Below are positions 8,694 through 18,170 of a DNA stretch of 40,641 nucleotides, one piece after another. How positions within the stretch are numbered: the first letter of the stretch is position 1; each line of letters opens with the position of its first letter. The notes under the pieces were generated by a model, which was not told where the DNA came from, made no database searches, and worked only from the letters and a program-made list of their open reading frames with translations. Made by a program: the position numbers and the translations under genes. The DNA lies in the NCBI GenBank assembly GCA_038257655.1, contig JBBSJC010000003.1, forward strand, positions 1-40,641, given 5' to 3'. The stretch is from Polyangiales bacterium. GTDB lineage: Bacteria > Myxococcota_A > Polyangia > Polyangiales > DASUME01.

Positions 8694-11600
8694 CTAGGCG
8701 ATCTGACCTTCCAGCTGCGCTATCAACAGCGCCGCCTCTTCGGAATCAGGCGCAGCCTCTAGCGCTTTGCGTGCCCAGAGCAGTGCTCGTTTAGCTCCGC
8801 TGTGATGGATGGCGACGCGCGCCCGCCGCAGAAGCGCCTCACCGCGCGGCATGATCTCGGGCCCCTTGAGCAGAAGCACGCTCGTCAGGGCATTTTCTGC
8901 CACGGACCAGGCCTCGAGCTCCTCTGCGAGCACCGCCAGCTGAACCAGGATCGCGCGATTCGACGTGTCCGTATCTCGCGCCGCTTGCATCGTATTCAGC
9001 GCGGTCTCGTTGTCGCCTTGGGCACGCGCCACCTGCGAAAGCCGCAACAACAGCCGCGCCCGCGGCATCGAATGACCTTCGGCGCTCGGATCGACGAGCG
9101 TCTCGAGCAGCGTGCGCGCCTCGGCCAGGCGCTGTTGGCCTATCAGGGCGTCCGCCAATGCGATGCCGATATCGATGTCACCCGGTGCGGCGCTGTGCAG
9201 CTGCTGCAGCACCTCGGTGGCTTCGGTCGCTGCGCCCGCATCCAAGAAGTGCTGGACGGCGCGCGACATGCAACGCGTGCGCGCCTCGGCTTCAGGGAGT
9301 CGTGGCGCACGCTTCATCAACAGCTCGGCAATACTCAGATCATCCGAAACCGCGGTGAGCGCGCTTATTAGCGTCTCCTCGATCTCGAGTGACTCAGGCT
9401 GCATGCCATGGGCTAGCGTCAGCGCCGCACGAACCTCGGCGACGTCGTCCAGTTGTGGAATGAGCTGAGTAAGCTGTTGTGCGAGATCCGTGCGCAGCTC
9501 ATCTGTGACGTGGCAGAGCCGCGTCGCCAAGATGCGCGCAAGGTCGCTGGACCAGGAAAGCTCCGTATACAGCTCCGAGAGCATACTCAGCCCTTCGTCG
9601 CTCGCTGTTCCGCGTCCTAGCCAAGTTTCGATCAACTGGGCGGCCTCGGGCAGATCCCCCAGGCTGCGGCGCATGCTCGCCATGCGGAAGGTTAGGTCGC
9701 GCTCGGCAGCCTCGTCCTGGGCCTCGAGCGCGAGTAGGCGCGCGTCCTCGAGTGTCTGCAAAAGGTCAGATCCGAGACTCGTCGCTGCGAGCGCAAAGGC
9801 TGCCTGCAGGTCAGCCAGGCCTGCTTCGAGCTTGCTTTGCTGAAGCAGGGTCTTGCCTCGCAGGTGCAGCAGCGACGCGCGCTCCTCGTCATCGTCGCAA
9901 TGCGCTGCGGCGTGGGCGAGATGGCCCGATGCTTCGTCCATGCGTCCAAGCGTGAACAGGTCCAGTGCCAGCTCCTTTCGCAGGCTGCTGTCGTCGGGCA
10001 AGGCTTCAACTGCTTCGAGCAGTAGAGTGGCCGCGGTCCCGTGATCGTCGAGCCGCGCGCGCTGTAGCTGCGCCGCTTCGCGCAGGGTACGCACGCGCGA
10101 AGACACATCGCCTTCGTTGCGCGCGCTTTCGGCCAGCAGCTCGGCGAGCGCTTGTGCATCATCTTGGCGGCGGAGGATCTCGGTGAGCATGAGCACGATC
10201 CCCGCGTGTTGAGGGGCACGCTCGTGCGCCGTGCGTAGGACACGCAGCGCGGCGACCACGTCACCGCAGGTCTCGTAAAGGCTGGCAGCTTCGATCGAAA
10301 GCTCGGCACCATCGGCTATGGGGCGATGCGCCAACATCTGTTCGAGCACCTCCGCTCTTTCGTGTGCGTGCTCGTCGGCTGCGAGCCTGACAAGTAGCGC
10401 GGACCGGACCTCATCGTGATGTGGAGCGAGCATCAAAGCTTGTCGCAGCGCACGCACGGCCTGCGCTTCACGCGCGCCCTCTTCCACGTGCAGGTGGAGC
10501 GCGAGCGCGTAGCGCACGCACGCGTCAACCGCGCCGTCCGCGCACGTTTGCTCAAAGCGCAGCGCCAAATGGTCGAGCAGACGGTCCCACGCGGCGCTCT
10601 CCTGAAAGTACGAAATCAGGCGGTTCTCGGCCTCGATGTCGTCGGGTCGTAGGGCTACCGCTTTACACAGCAGCTCGCCGGCTTCTTGGTCTGTGGCGTC
10701 GTTGGTGAGCAACAGACAGGCGCGCTTTACGAGCAAGGCGGCGCGCAGCTCAGGACTGCTGCCAGCGGCATCGGCTCGCTCTAAAAGGATACCGAGCGCG
10801 GCGGCGTTGCCCTCTTCGGCACACAGCGCCGAAACTTGCAACAGCTGTGGCTCGCTGCAGTCGCGCGCCACGTCCGCAAACAGCGCGAGTAGCTCCGAAT
10901 CGGCCGCCTGCTCGCTCAGTGCGTTCAAGAGTACCCGGGCCGCGCGCATGGGCCTTGGCGCTTCAGCCAGCGCATCACGCATGCGGGCGAGGCCTTCGTT
11001 GCGCGTATCCTCCGCAGCCAAGCGCACCTCTGCCAGTCGATAGAGCACGTCCACACGTTCTTCGTTCGGCAGCTCTGCACCCCCTAGACCATCGAGCTTC
11101 GACAGTAAGGTCGTCTGAGCCTGCACCGCTTCCCGCGCGACGGCGACGCGCAACTGGGCGCGCCAGACATCGCTCTCGCGCACATGCGTCGCTTCCGCCT
11201 CGGAAAAGAGCGTCTGCGCGCCGTCGATGTTGTCCTCCGCGAAGTACAGCGCGCCGAGTCGCAGACACACTTCGCAACGCGCGTATCTGTCGCTCGGCCG
11301 CCGCGCACGCTCGCGCAGGCGCTCGAGTAAGGCGCGAAAGCGCGGCAGACAATCAGGCGTGCACGCCGTCTGCGCGGCATCGTGCAAACGCGGATCACTT
11401 GGGTCAAGCTCGATCGCAGCAAGCCGCAGCTCGATCGATTCGTCGCGTGTTTGCGGGCGAAGCTGCAGCAAGTCAGCGAGCGCATTCATCGCCAGGGCTC
11501 GCTCGGGATGACTCACCGCATGTGCCAGCTCCTGGCGCACGATCTGCTCGAGCAGCTCCGGCGTGCCGCGTTCGCGCAGGCTTTGCTTGATGCGCTCACA

Positions 11601-14600
11601 CTCAGGATCGCCAAAGCGTAAGGCCTCGAGGGCCGACTCGCGCAGGCTGCTCGCTTGGTCGGAGTCGCCGCGCGTCAGGGCAAGCTCGCTGAGCTCCAAC
11701 AGCACTTCGCTTACGCCGAGCGTGCGGCCGGTTGCGAGCACGATGGGTGTGCGCTTCGCTGCCAACAATAGCGACCGTAAGGCCCGTTCGCGGCGCGCTA
11801 GATCACCAGCCTCGGCCGCGCGTTCGGACAGGGCATACATGATCGCCACATCCGCCGACCGCATGTTGAGCGCAAGCTCGAGCTGGGCGCACGACTCTGA
11901 CAGGTCGCCTTCATCGCGCAGGATGTCGGCCAGCTTGACGTGCACGGCCGCGCGTTCGGAGGAGCGACGACGACCGAATTGCGCGAGCAGATACATCAGT
12001 ACCTGGCGCGCCTCATCGAAGCGACCGAGCGCGCGCAAGCCATCGGCCATGATGCCGCACAGCTCCGCGTCATCCGGCTGCAAACCGAGCGCAAGGTCGG
12101 CCACGGCCACCAACGCTTCCGGGTTTTCGAGCGTCGAGTGGTACAGACGCGCGGATTCGATCGCAAGCGTGGCACTTTCGGCGCGGTCTTGGGTTTCGCC
12201 CGCTGCGCGTGCCAAGACACCGGCCAGCTCCGCGTAGCGCTCACCCGCGCGCAGCTGCTCCGTGAGCAAAGTGCGCACCGCCAAATCAGCGGGAGCCTCG
12301 GCAAACGCGGTGTGTAAGGTTTCCAGGGCGGCCTCAACCTGCTGGGCGGCAAGCTGCGCCTGTGCAAGCTCGTGCAGCACGCGGGGTCGCTCGGTGGCGT
12401 CGGTCAGCGTCAGTCGGCGCGCAAGCCAGCGCGCGCTGCCCGCCTGATCCTCGAGTGCGCGACAGAGCCGTACCAGCTCATCTAACACCTGGGCATCGTC
12501 GCTGAGTGCTGCGACTTGCTCAAGCGCGTAGATCGCCTGCTCGCGATCCTGAAGCTTCTCTTCAGACAGCTCCGCGGCCTCTTGCCAGAGCGTGATCGCC
12601 AGCGCATCTTGTCCCGCTTCTGCCACTGCGCGGGCCTGTTTCGCCAGCAAGCTAAAGAGCTCGGGCAAACGATGCTTTTCGGTCAGCAGGGCGCACGCCG
12701 CCTCGAGCGAGTCGTGATGACCCGCATGCTCTTCGAGGTTGCCGAGCAGCATCACAAGGCGGGCGTCACGCTCTTCGAGCAAACCGGTCAACCTGACGAT
12801 CTCGAGACGTAAGGTTAGACGCGCTTCTACTGAGTCCGAAAGCGCAAGCTCGCGTTTGCGTAGCGCAAGCTGCTCCGGCACTCGTTCAAGACGCTGCGCA
12901 AGCGTCGCAAGCCAGCTTACGAGCTCCCGATCCCGCGGCTCTTGCGGCAGCACCGAAAGGCCGACGTGCAGCGCCTCGCTGAGCTGCCCTTCCTGTTCGA
13001 GAATGCGCGCGCTCTGTCGGCGTAAGCCTGCGCGTTGCGCCTCCGACAACGGAAGTCGCACTGCATCATCAAGCAAGTACAGGGCACGCGCTGCTTGCTT
13101 TGCGGCAAGCTCGAGCGGCACCAGTCGCTCCACCGCCCACAACACCCAGCGCTCGAAGTCGCCGCTTACCCCCTCGCGTGTCCACAGGTCCGCAGCGCGT
13201 CGGTAGAGGCGTGCCAGCGTCGCACGTTGATGGGCGGCATCGACGTTGAGTTCAATCAGCAGCTGCGCTGCCTCGATCAATGGCGCGAGCGTGTCGGGTG
13301 ACTGAGCATCCAGCGTGAGTAAGGTTTCAAAGAGTGCCTGGGTCGGTGCCAGTCGCTGAACTGCGGCGAGCATACTCAAGGCCTGGGCGCTGTTCGGTTG
13401 CAGCTTGAGTGCGCGCTGGGCCGCAACTTCTGCGCCGGGGGCGTCCGCGCACTGCTCAAGGCGCCAGCTTGCAAGTTGTAACGAAAGCTCGCAGTGCAGC
13501 GCCGGGGCCAGATCACTGCGGCTGCGCAGCGCCAGCGCAAACGCCTCGCACAGGCTGGGAAAAGCGCTCGCCGCCGTGGCTGCTGAAGCCAGACTCTCGA
13601 GCACCACCGGCTCGAGCCGCGAGCGCACGGCGCACGAGTGGAGCGCTGTGTCGCAGGCGAGGCGATAGGATCCCGCGAGCGCCGCACAGCGTACGAGCGC
13701 GTGCGCCTCGTAGGGTGCGAGTGGATGGACCGCGAGCACGACCTCGTAGGCCTCGGCTGCGCGTTTATAGTCGTTCAGGCGTTCGAACAAGCGACCAGCG
13801 GCCGCCGAAAGATCGGCTGCGCGAGGCCGATCAAAAGAAGCTGCTAGGGCAGCCCAGTGCAGCGCGCTTGCCGCTTCGCGCAAGTGTCCGGTGAGCTCCG
13901 CCAAGCGCAGCAACTCGCGCTGGGCGTGAACGTCTGCAGGCGCGCGAGGAAGCGCCTTGGCCACCAGCGTCAGGGCATGGCTGGGATCTGCGGCGCGCTG
14001 CTCCCACAGCTGCGCAACCTCGAACATACACAAAGCTTGCTGGGTCGGGTCGTCCGTCGCTGCCAAGCGCGCATCGAGCAGATCGATCCGCAGCTGCCAG
14101 TCGTCGGTTGCGATATAGGCCTGGGACAAGGCGCTTGTGACCTCTTGCGCGCAGCCCTTGATGCCCAGCAGCGCAGACAAACCGGAGCGCGCAGCGGCGC
14201 AGCCAGGCTCGAGCTCGAGGGCACGCCCATAGGCGCGCGCGGCCGCACCGTGATCTTCGAGCTCCAGCCGATGCACGTCGCCCAGTCGGCACAGGCGCGC
14301 CACCGATAACGTGCGCTCGCGGTCGGTCGCGCCTTCGAAGATGCGCGCGAGCTCGCAAAAGCGTTTGCTCTCGGTCATCAGCTCATCGAGCGCTTGCAAT
14401 AGATCCGGCTCGTCGCCGAACTCCTCGCGTACAGACAACCAGGTGTCGATGGCGGCGTCGAGATCGCGCAGCGCCGTCGCTTGCAGCGTCGCCACACGCG
14501 TGCGGTCTTGTCTGCGTTGCCGGGGCGTGGGTGCCACCTCGGCACGCTTCTGGAGCTGTGTAACTTCGAGGTCGTGGCGGCCCAGCTGTGCCGCGAGCTC

Positions 14601-16154
14601 GATCGATGCGCTGAGCGCTTCGAGGTCCGCGGCGTCATAGGCAAGCCACGTCTGCCATGCACCTAGGGCGCGCTCTAGATCGCCCGTCTCGTGCGCATGC
14701 TGCGCGATTTCGGAGAGCAGCAAACGCCGCCGATAGGGGCTCGCTTCGCCTTGCGCCAAGCGGTCGAGCACTGCGAGCTGCTCGATCGTGCGCCCAGTCC
14801 CGCGCAACAGACGCTCGAGCTGCCCGGCGGCTTCGCGCAGCTGGGCAGGCTGGGCATTCGCCAACGTGAGCACGCGCTGTCCGAGCGCGATCGCGGCATC
14901 GCGCTGAGCAAGGGGTTCGGCATGCACAGCCATCGCCGCGATCAGGAGCTGCGCTACCTGAGTATGATCCGCGGCAGCCTCGGCTGCGGACACCAGGGCT
15001 TCAGCGTGCGCGGCATGCTCTCCGCTCCGCTCAGCCAGGCGCTCTAGCTGCAGGCGCGCGTCGCCATCGCTCGGCTCAGCGCGCAACGCCTCGGCGTAGT
15101 GCGCCATCGCTGGGCGATCCTCAAAACGCGCCATCAAGCGCGCCGCGAGCTCCCGGCGCAGTCCAAGTTGCGTTGTATCGGGCGCAAAGCTCAACGAACG
15201 CTCAAGCGCCGCGATGGTCGCAAGCGGGCGGTCGGCGCTGTCGTGGTGCAAACGCAACAGTTGCAAGCTCGACAACCGCAGCGCGACGTCCGCTTCGGGC
15301 AGTGCGAGCACTCGCTCGAGCAACGCGCAGGCTTGATCGTCGCCGGGACGTCGTTCGAGCACGCCCGCAGCCTCGTGCAGCGCCTCTGCAGGCGCGGAGA
15401 GGTGATCGAGGTAGACGCGCGCGATGCGCAGGCGCAGCTCGCTTACCAGGCTTTCGGGCGTCGCCTCGAGCTGGGCTTGCCACAGTCCAATCAGCGGCTG
15501 CCATGCCTTTCGTTCAGACAACACGCGTTCGAGCGACGCACACAGCGCATGGGCGCTAGGGTCGAGCCTCAGCAGCTCACGCAGGTACTCGATCGCGCGC
15601 TCGGGGCGATCGGTGAAGTCTTTGGCGACGTGGGCTGCATCATCGAGCAGTTGCCGCCTGCGTGCGGGCGCAAGCCTGCCCAATAGCGCGCGGTCGTAGG
15701 CCTCGAGCAGGCTATCCCAGTGCTGGCCATCGGTGAGCTCACTCACGAGTTGATCAAACGCCCAGCCCGCATCCGGGCAGGTTTCGATCACGTGATCGAG
15801 CACGCGGCGCATCGCGGCTTCGTCATCGCCATACCAGCTGTCGTAGAAGCGAACCGCGCGCCGCCCTAGCTCCTCGCGCAGTGTGTCGGGCCGGGCAGGC
15901 GTCAACATCCTCAGGTATGCATCGGCCACCGGATCGGGCCTCTGCAGCGCCTCGCACAACAGCTCGAGTGTATCCCAGGCGCCAAAGTCTTCGGGCGCGT
16001 CCCGCACGGAGCGCAAGACGCCCACGAACTCGGCCTCGGTCTGCTGGGTTGGCTGCGCACGCAATCGCACCTGACTTGGCGCCGCGTACTGGCCGCTTGG
16101 CGGATGATCTTCGTAGGGGCCGGTGGCATCAGGACGTGCACGGGACTGGGTCAT
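8694..16154 (-). CDS. Giant tetratricopeptide-repeat protein (myxobacterial AgmK-like TPR solenoid), about 2486 aa
   Basis: One long ORF of Ala/Leu/Glu/Arg-rich helical repeats (e.g. AIEYLRELLRLDPS, YGRALELEPG, ARKALEAAPDS). Start placed at ATG 16154 based on the AAGGTGAGG SD and a sigma54 promoter just upstream. No signal peptide or TM seen. Confidence 0.85.
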   Translation of the reverse strand: MTQSRARPDATGPYEDHPPSGQYAAPSQVRLRAQPTQQTEAEFVGVLRSVRDAPEDFGAWDTLELLCEALQRPDPVADAYLRMLTPARPDTLREELGRRAVRFYDSWYGDDEAAMRRVLDHVIETCPDAGWAFDQLVSELTDGQHWDSLLEAYDRALLGRLAPARRRQLLDDAAHVAKDFTDRPERAIEYLRELLRLDPSAHALCASLERVLSERKAWQPLIGLWQAQLEATPESLVSELRLRIARVYLDHLSAPAEALHEAAGVLERRPGDDQACALLERVLALPEADVALRLSSLQLLRLHHDSADRPLATIAALERSLSFAPDTTQLGLRRELAARLMARFEDRPAMAHYAEALRAEPSDGDARLQLERLAERSGEHAAHAEALVSAAEAAADHTQVAQLLIAAMAVHAEPLAQRDAAIALGQRVLTLANAQPAQLREAAGQLERLLRGTGRTIEQLAVLDRLAQGEASPYRRRLLLSEIAQHAHETGDLERALGAWQTWLAYDAADLEALSASIELAAQLGRHDLEVTQLQKRAEVAPTPRQRRQDRTRVATLQATALRDLDAAIDTWLSVREEFGDEPDLLQALDELMTESKRFCELARIFEGATDRERTLSVARLCRLGDVHRLELEDHGAAARAYGRALELEPGCAAARSGLSALLGIKGCAQEVTSALSQAYIATDDWQLRIDLLDARLAATDDPTQQALCMFEVAQLWEQRAADPSHALTLVAKALPRAPADVHAQRELLRLAELTGHLREAASALHWAALAASFDRPRAADLSAAAGRLFERLNDYKRAAEAYEVVLAVHPLAPYEAHALVRCAALAGSYRLACDTALHSCAVRSRLEPVVLESLASAATAASAFPSLCEAFALALRSRSDLAPALHCELSLQLASWRLEQCADAPGAEVAAQRALKLQPNSAQALSMLAAVQRLAPTQALFETLLTLDAQSPDTLAPLIEAAQLLIELNVDAAHQRATLARLYRRAADLWTREGVSGDFERWVLWAVERLVPLELAAKQAARALYLLDDAVRLPLSEAQRAGLRRQSARILEQEGQLSEALHVGLSVLPQEPRDRELVSWLATLAQRLERVPEQLALRKRELALSDSVEARLTLRLEIVRLTGLLEERDARLVMLLGNLEEHAGHHDSLEAACALLTEKHRLPELFSLLAKQARAVAEAGQDALAITLWQEAAELSEEKLQDREQAIYALEQVAALSDDAQVLDELVRLCRALEDQAGSARWLARRLTLTDATERPRVLHELAQAQLAAQQVEAALETLHTAFAEAPADLAVRTLLTEQLRAGERYAELAGVLARAAGETQDRAESATLAIESARLYHSTLENPEALVAVADLALGLQPDDAELCGIMADGLRALGRFDEARQVLMYLLAQFGRRRSSERAAVHVKLADILRDEGDLSESCAQLELALNMRSADVAIMYALSERAAEAGDLARRERALRSLLLAAKRTPIVLATGRTLGVSEVLLELSELALTRGDSDQASSLRESALEALRFGDPECERIKQSLRERGTPELLEQIVRQELAHAVSHPERALAMNALADLLQLRPQTRDESIELRLAAIELDPSDPRLHDAAQTACTPDCLPRFRALLERLRERARRPSDRYARCEVCLRLGALYFAEDNIDGAQTLFSEAEATHVRESDVWRAQLRVAVAREAVQAQTTLLSKLDGLGGAELPNEERVDVLYRLAEVRLAAEDTRNEGLARMRDALAEAPRPMRAARVLLNALSEQAADSELLALFADVARDCSEPQLLQVSALCAEEGNAAALGILLERADAAGSSPELRAALLVKRACLLLTNDATDQEAGELLCKAVALRPDDIEAENRLISYFQESAAWDRLLDHLALRFEQTCADGAVDACVRYALALHLHVEEGAREAQAVRALRQALMLAPHHDEVRSALLVRLAADEHAHERAEVLEQMLAHRPIADGAELSIEAASLYETCGDVVAALRVLRTAHERAPQHAGIVLMLTEILRRQDDAQALAELLAESARNEGDVSSRVRTLREAAQLQRARLDDHGTAATLLLEAVEALPDDSSLRKELALDLFTLGRMDEASGHLAHAAAHCDDDEERASLLHLRGKTLLQQSKLEAGLADLQAAFALAATSLGSDLLQTLEDARLLALEAQDEAAERDLTFRMASMRRSLGDLPEAAQLIETWLGRGTASDEGLSMLSELYTELSWSSDLARILATRLCHVTDELRTDLAQQLTQLIPQLDDVAEVRAALTLAHGMQPESLEIEETLISALTAVSDDLSIAELLMKRAPRLPEAEARTRCMSRAVQHFLDAGAATEATEVLQQLHSAAPGDIDIGIALADALIGQQRLAEARTLLETLVDPSAEGHSMPRARLLLRLSQVARAQGDNETALNTMQAARDTDTSNRAILVQLAVLAEELEAWSVAENALTSVLLLKGPEIMPRGEALLRRARVAIHHSGAKRALLWARKALEAAPDSEEAALLIAQLEGQIA

Positions 16155-16185
16155 CGGGAGCCTCACCTTCGCGAGGCTGCCTACC

Positions 16186-16200
16186 GCAATGGCCATGCCA
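16186..16200 (-). promoter_or_regulatory. Sigma54 (-24/-12) promoter for the giant TPR gene
   Basis: Minus strand TGGCATG-GCCA-TTGC versus consensus TGGCAYR-N4-TTGC, with exact GG-N10-GC spacing. The predicted TSS near 16174 lies just before the SD and ATG 16154. Confidence 0.75.
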
Positions 16201-16265
16201 TCCCAATTTCGCATCCCTTCGTGAGCATTCACGCGGAGAATCCGACATGGGACCCTGATGCACTG

Positions 16266-16297
16266 GGGGCAACGACGACCACAGTTGTCGTTGCCCC
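16266..16297. repeat. Perfect 11-bp inverted repeat (candidate enhancer-binding-protein site or RNA hairpin)
   Basis: GGGGCAACGAC (16266-16276) -N10- GTCGTTGCCCC (16287-16297), roughly -90 to -125 from the predicted sigma54 TSS. Confidence 0.6.
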
Positions 16298-16444
16298 GTT
16301 GGCAACTACAAACGTATCGCCTGCCGCAGGATCTGCGCAGGCTGGGCACATGCTCCTACCTTACCTGCCCTGAACCTGACGGTGAGCCGTCGGCGCGCGG
16401 TGTCGCGAACCTTACGGTATGATATCGCGCTGAAGGTTCGCCAA

Positions 16445-17134
16445 CTAGTGCACCGAATCGAGTGCGCTCTCCGTGATGAGGCGCAGACCGAAGCTCAGGT
16501 GCTGTACGTCTTTCGGCATCGCTGTCAGCACTGGGATCTCGCGCCAAGCCATTTCTGAAGGCGCGAGCACGAAGTGCAGACGCGTCGTGACCGCTTCGGA
16601 AAGCCGAGTACCTTTGCCCGTGGCCAGGCGGATCATGATGGCACCTCCTGGGACGGGCACAGGCTCGACCGCAAGCGGCTCAAGCTTACCTTCGTCACGC
16701 TCCACGAAGGCGCGCGCCACGACGCCCTGCTCGACCCGCGTCGCGGGACGCAAAAGCAGCTCGAGCTCGCGACCGAGCACGTAAGTCCGTAACTCGCCTG
16801 CAGGTAGCTCGTCCACCGGCTCGGCGTCGCGTTGGGCGTCGCGATGCGAAGCGTCAGGTGGGGGCAAGACGAGCGCATAGGCGGGAAGCTCGCTCAGCTC
16901 GGCGCGCGGCCAAAACACCACCAGCGCCGCTGCTGCGACAGACAGCGCGGCGGCGACCATCGGCCAAACACGCACTTTGCGAGTAGGAAGTTGCACCACC
17001 GGAGCGAGCGCGGGAGTTGGTATTGCTGCTGCTGTGTCCGCCTTCCCTAAGCGCGCGAGCACCGCGTCGGCGAGCGCCCTCTCCTCTTCTTCGCTCAACG
17101 GGCCGAAGGGATCGCTGTCCACTTCCGCTGCCAT
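16445..17134 (-). CDS. Single-pass membrane protein with anti-sigma-like layout, 229 aa
   Basis: GGAG RBS before ATG 17134; short acidic helical N-terminus (PLSEEEERALADAVLARL), Pro-rich linker VVQLPTRK, TM (WPMVAAALSVAAAALVVFW), beta-rich periplasmic domain. Confidence 0.6.
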   Translation of the reverse strand: MAAEVDSDPFGPLSEEEERALADAVLARLGKADTAAAIPTPALAPVVQLPTRKVRVWPMVAAALSVAAAALVVFWPRAELSELPAYALVLPPPDASHRDAQRDAEPVDELPAGELRTYVLGRELELLLRPATRVEQGVVARAFVERDEGKLEPLAVEPVPVPGGAIMIRLATGKGTRLSEAVTTRLHFVLAPSEMAWREIPVLTAMPKDVQHLSFGLRLITESALDSVH

Positions 17135-17267
17135 ACTCTTCTCCTGCTCGCGCAGCGGCTCGCAAGCCCTGGCAGGTGACGTAGCCCTGGCACAGCGGGG
17201 CACGGTAGCACCAATGTCTCAGTTCCCAACACTGAGTGTGCGCAGGGTGCGTGCGTCTGACGGCAAT

Positions 17268-18149
17268 CTAGCTTATGCGCTGCTGACGTTGCGTGCTCGT
17301 CCCGTTAGACGCATTTGCAGACGCTGACATGCCGCGATGTAGCAGCGCGGGCGGCGCGATACCGTGCTCACGAAACGCGGTGAGCACGCGCTCGGTGACA
17401 TCGGTCTGAAAGGCGCTTTCGTACTTCACATCGAGAACGTAGGCCTTGGCGCGCAGACGCGTGGCGAAGTAGCTCTCGTGTACAAGCTGGCTTACCCAGA
17501 CCACCCACGGCTTCTTACTGTACACGTAGCGACAGCTGGTCACGGCTTCGGAGACGAGTTGTTTGGCGAGCGCGAAGTCTTGGTCTGCGCCGATGTAGAA
17601 GTCCATCTGGATCAGCATATCGAGCGCGCCCCAGTTACCCGAAGACACCATGTCGGTGAGGAACTTGTTATTCGGGATGGTGACCACGTTGTCGTCGAGG
17701 GTCACAAGACGAACGGAGCGCAGTCCGATCGCCGTGATCTCACCGTATGCCCCCTCGAAGCTGACGCGGTCACCTACCTGAAACGGACGATCGACGATGA
17801 TGATAATGCCCGCCAGGATCGACGCGGCCAAGTCTTTGAGGGCAAAGCCGATGGTGACCGCGGCGGTGCCCGTGATCGCGAGCAGCACCTCGCGCGACAA
17901 ACGCACCGACACGCTGACCGCGAGTAAGATCCCGCCGATATACAATGCAAATCGCAGCAGCGTCGCGACCTGCGCCAGTTGCAAGCGTCGCTCCGGGATG
18001 CGCTTGCCCACGCGCTGCAACGTGCCGGTCGAGAAACTCACGATGAACCAGGTCACGAGCAACACGACCACGCCCGCTGCGACACCGGAAACCTGAATCG
18101 CATCGAAGATGCTTGCGCCGCCGCCGGCGTTTGCTTGGCTGGGATCCAT
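17268..18149 (-). CDS. mscS: Small-conductance mechanosensitive channel, minimal 3-TM MscS family
   Basis: IGFALKDLAASILAGIIIIVDRPFQVGDRVSFEGAYGEITAIGLRSVRLVTLDDNVVTIPN; AAGGAG RBS; 21 bp downstream of the NTPase gene. Confidence 0.92.
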   Translation of the reverse strand: MDPSQANAGGGASIFDAIQVSGVAAGVVVLLVTWFIVSFSTGTLQRVGKRIPERRLQLAQVATLLRFALYIGGILLAVSVSVRLSREVLLAITGTAAVTIGFALKDLAASILAGIIIIVDRPFQVGDRVSFEGAYGEITAIGLRSVRLVTLDDNVVTIPNNKFLTDMVSSGNWGALDMLIQMDFYIGADQDFALAKQLVSEAVTSCRYVYSKKPWVVWVSQLVHESYFATRLRAKAYVLDVKYESAFQTDVTERVLTAFREHGIAPPALLHRGMSASANASNGTSTQRQQRIS

Positions 18150-18170
18150 GGCTGCTCCTTGCTACTTTCG

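Noticed and set aside
16154-16349. N-terminal extension of the TPR ORF with several Cys (MPSLRRSCGRRYVCSCQ...)
   Set aside because: It overlaps a sigma54 promoter and an inverted repeat, and a good SD precedes ATG 16154; probably not translated.
16382-16411. GTGAGCC as a fourth ECF promoter copy
   Set aside because: The downstream box reads GCGAACC rather than GGGGACT, and it points antisense to the neighbouring gene.
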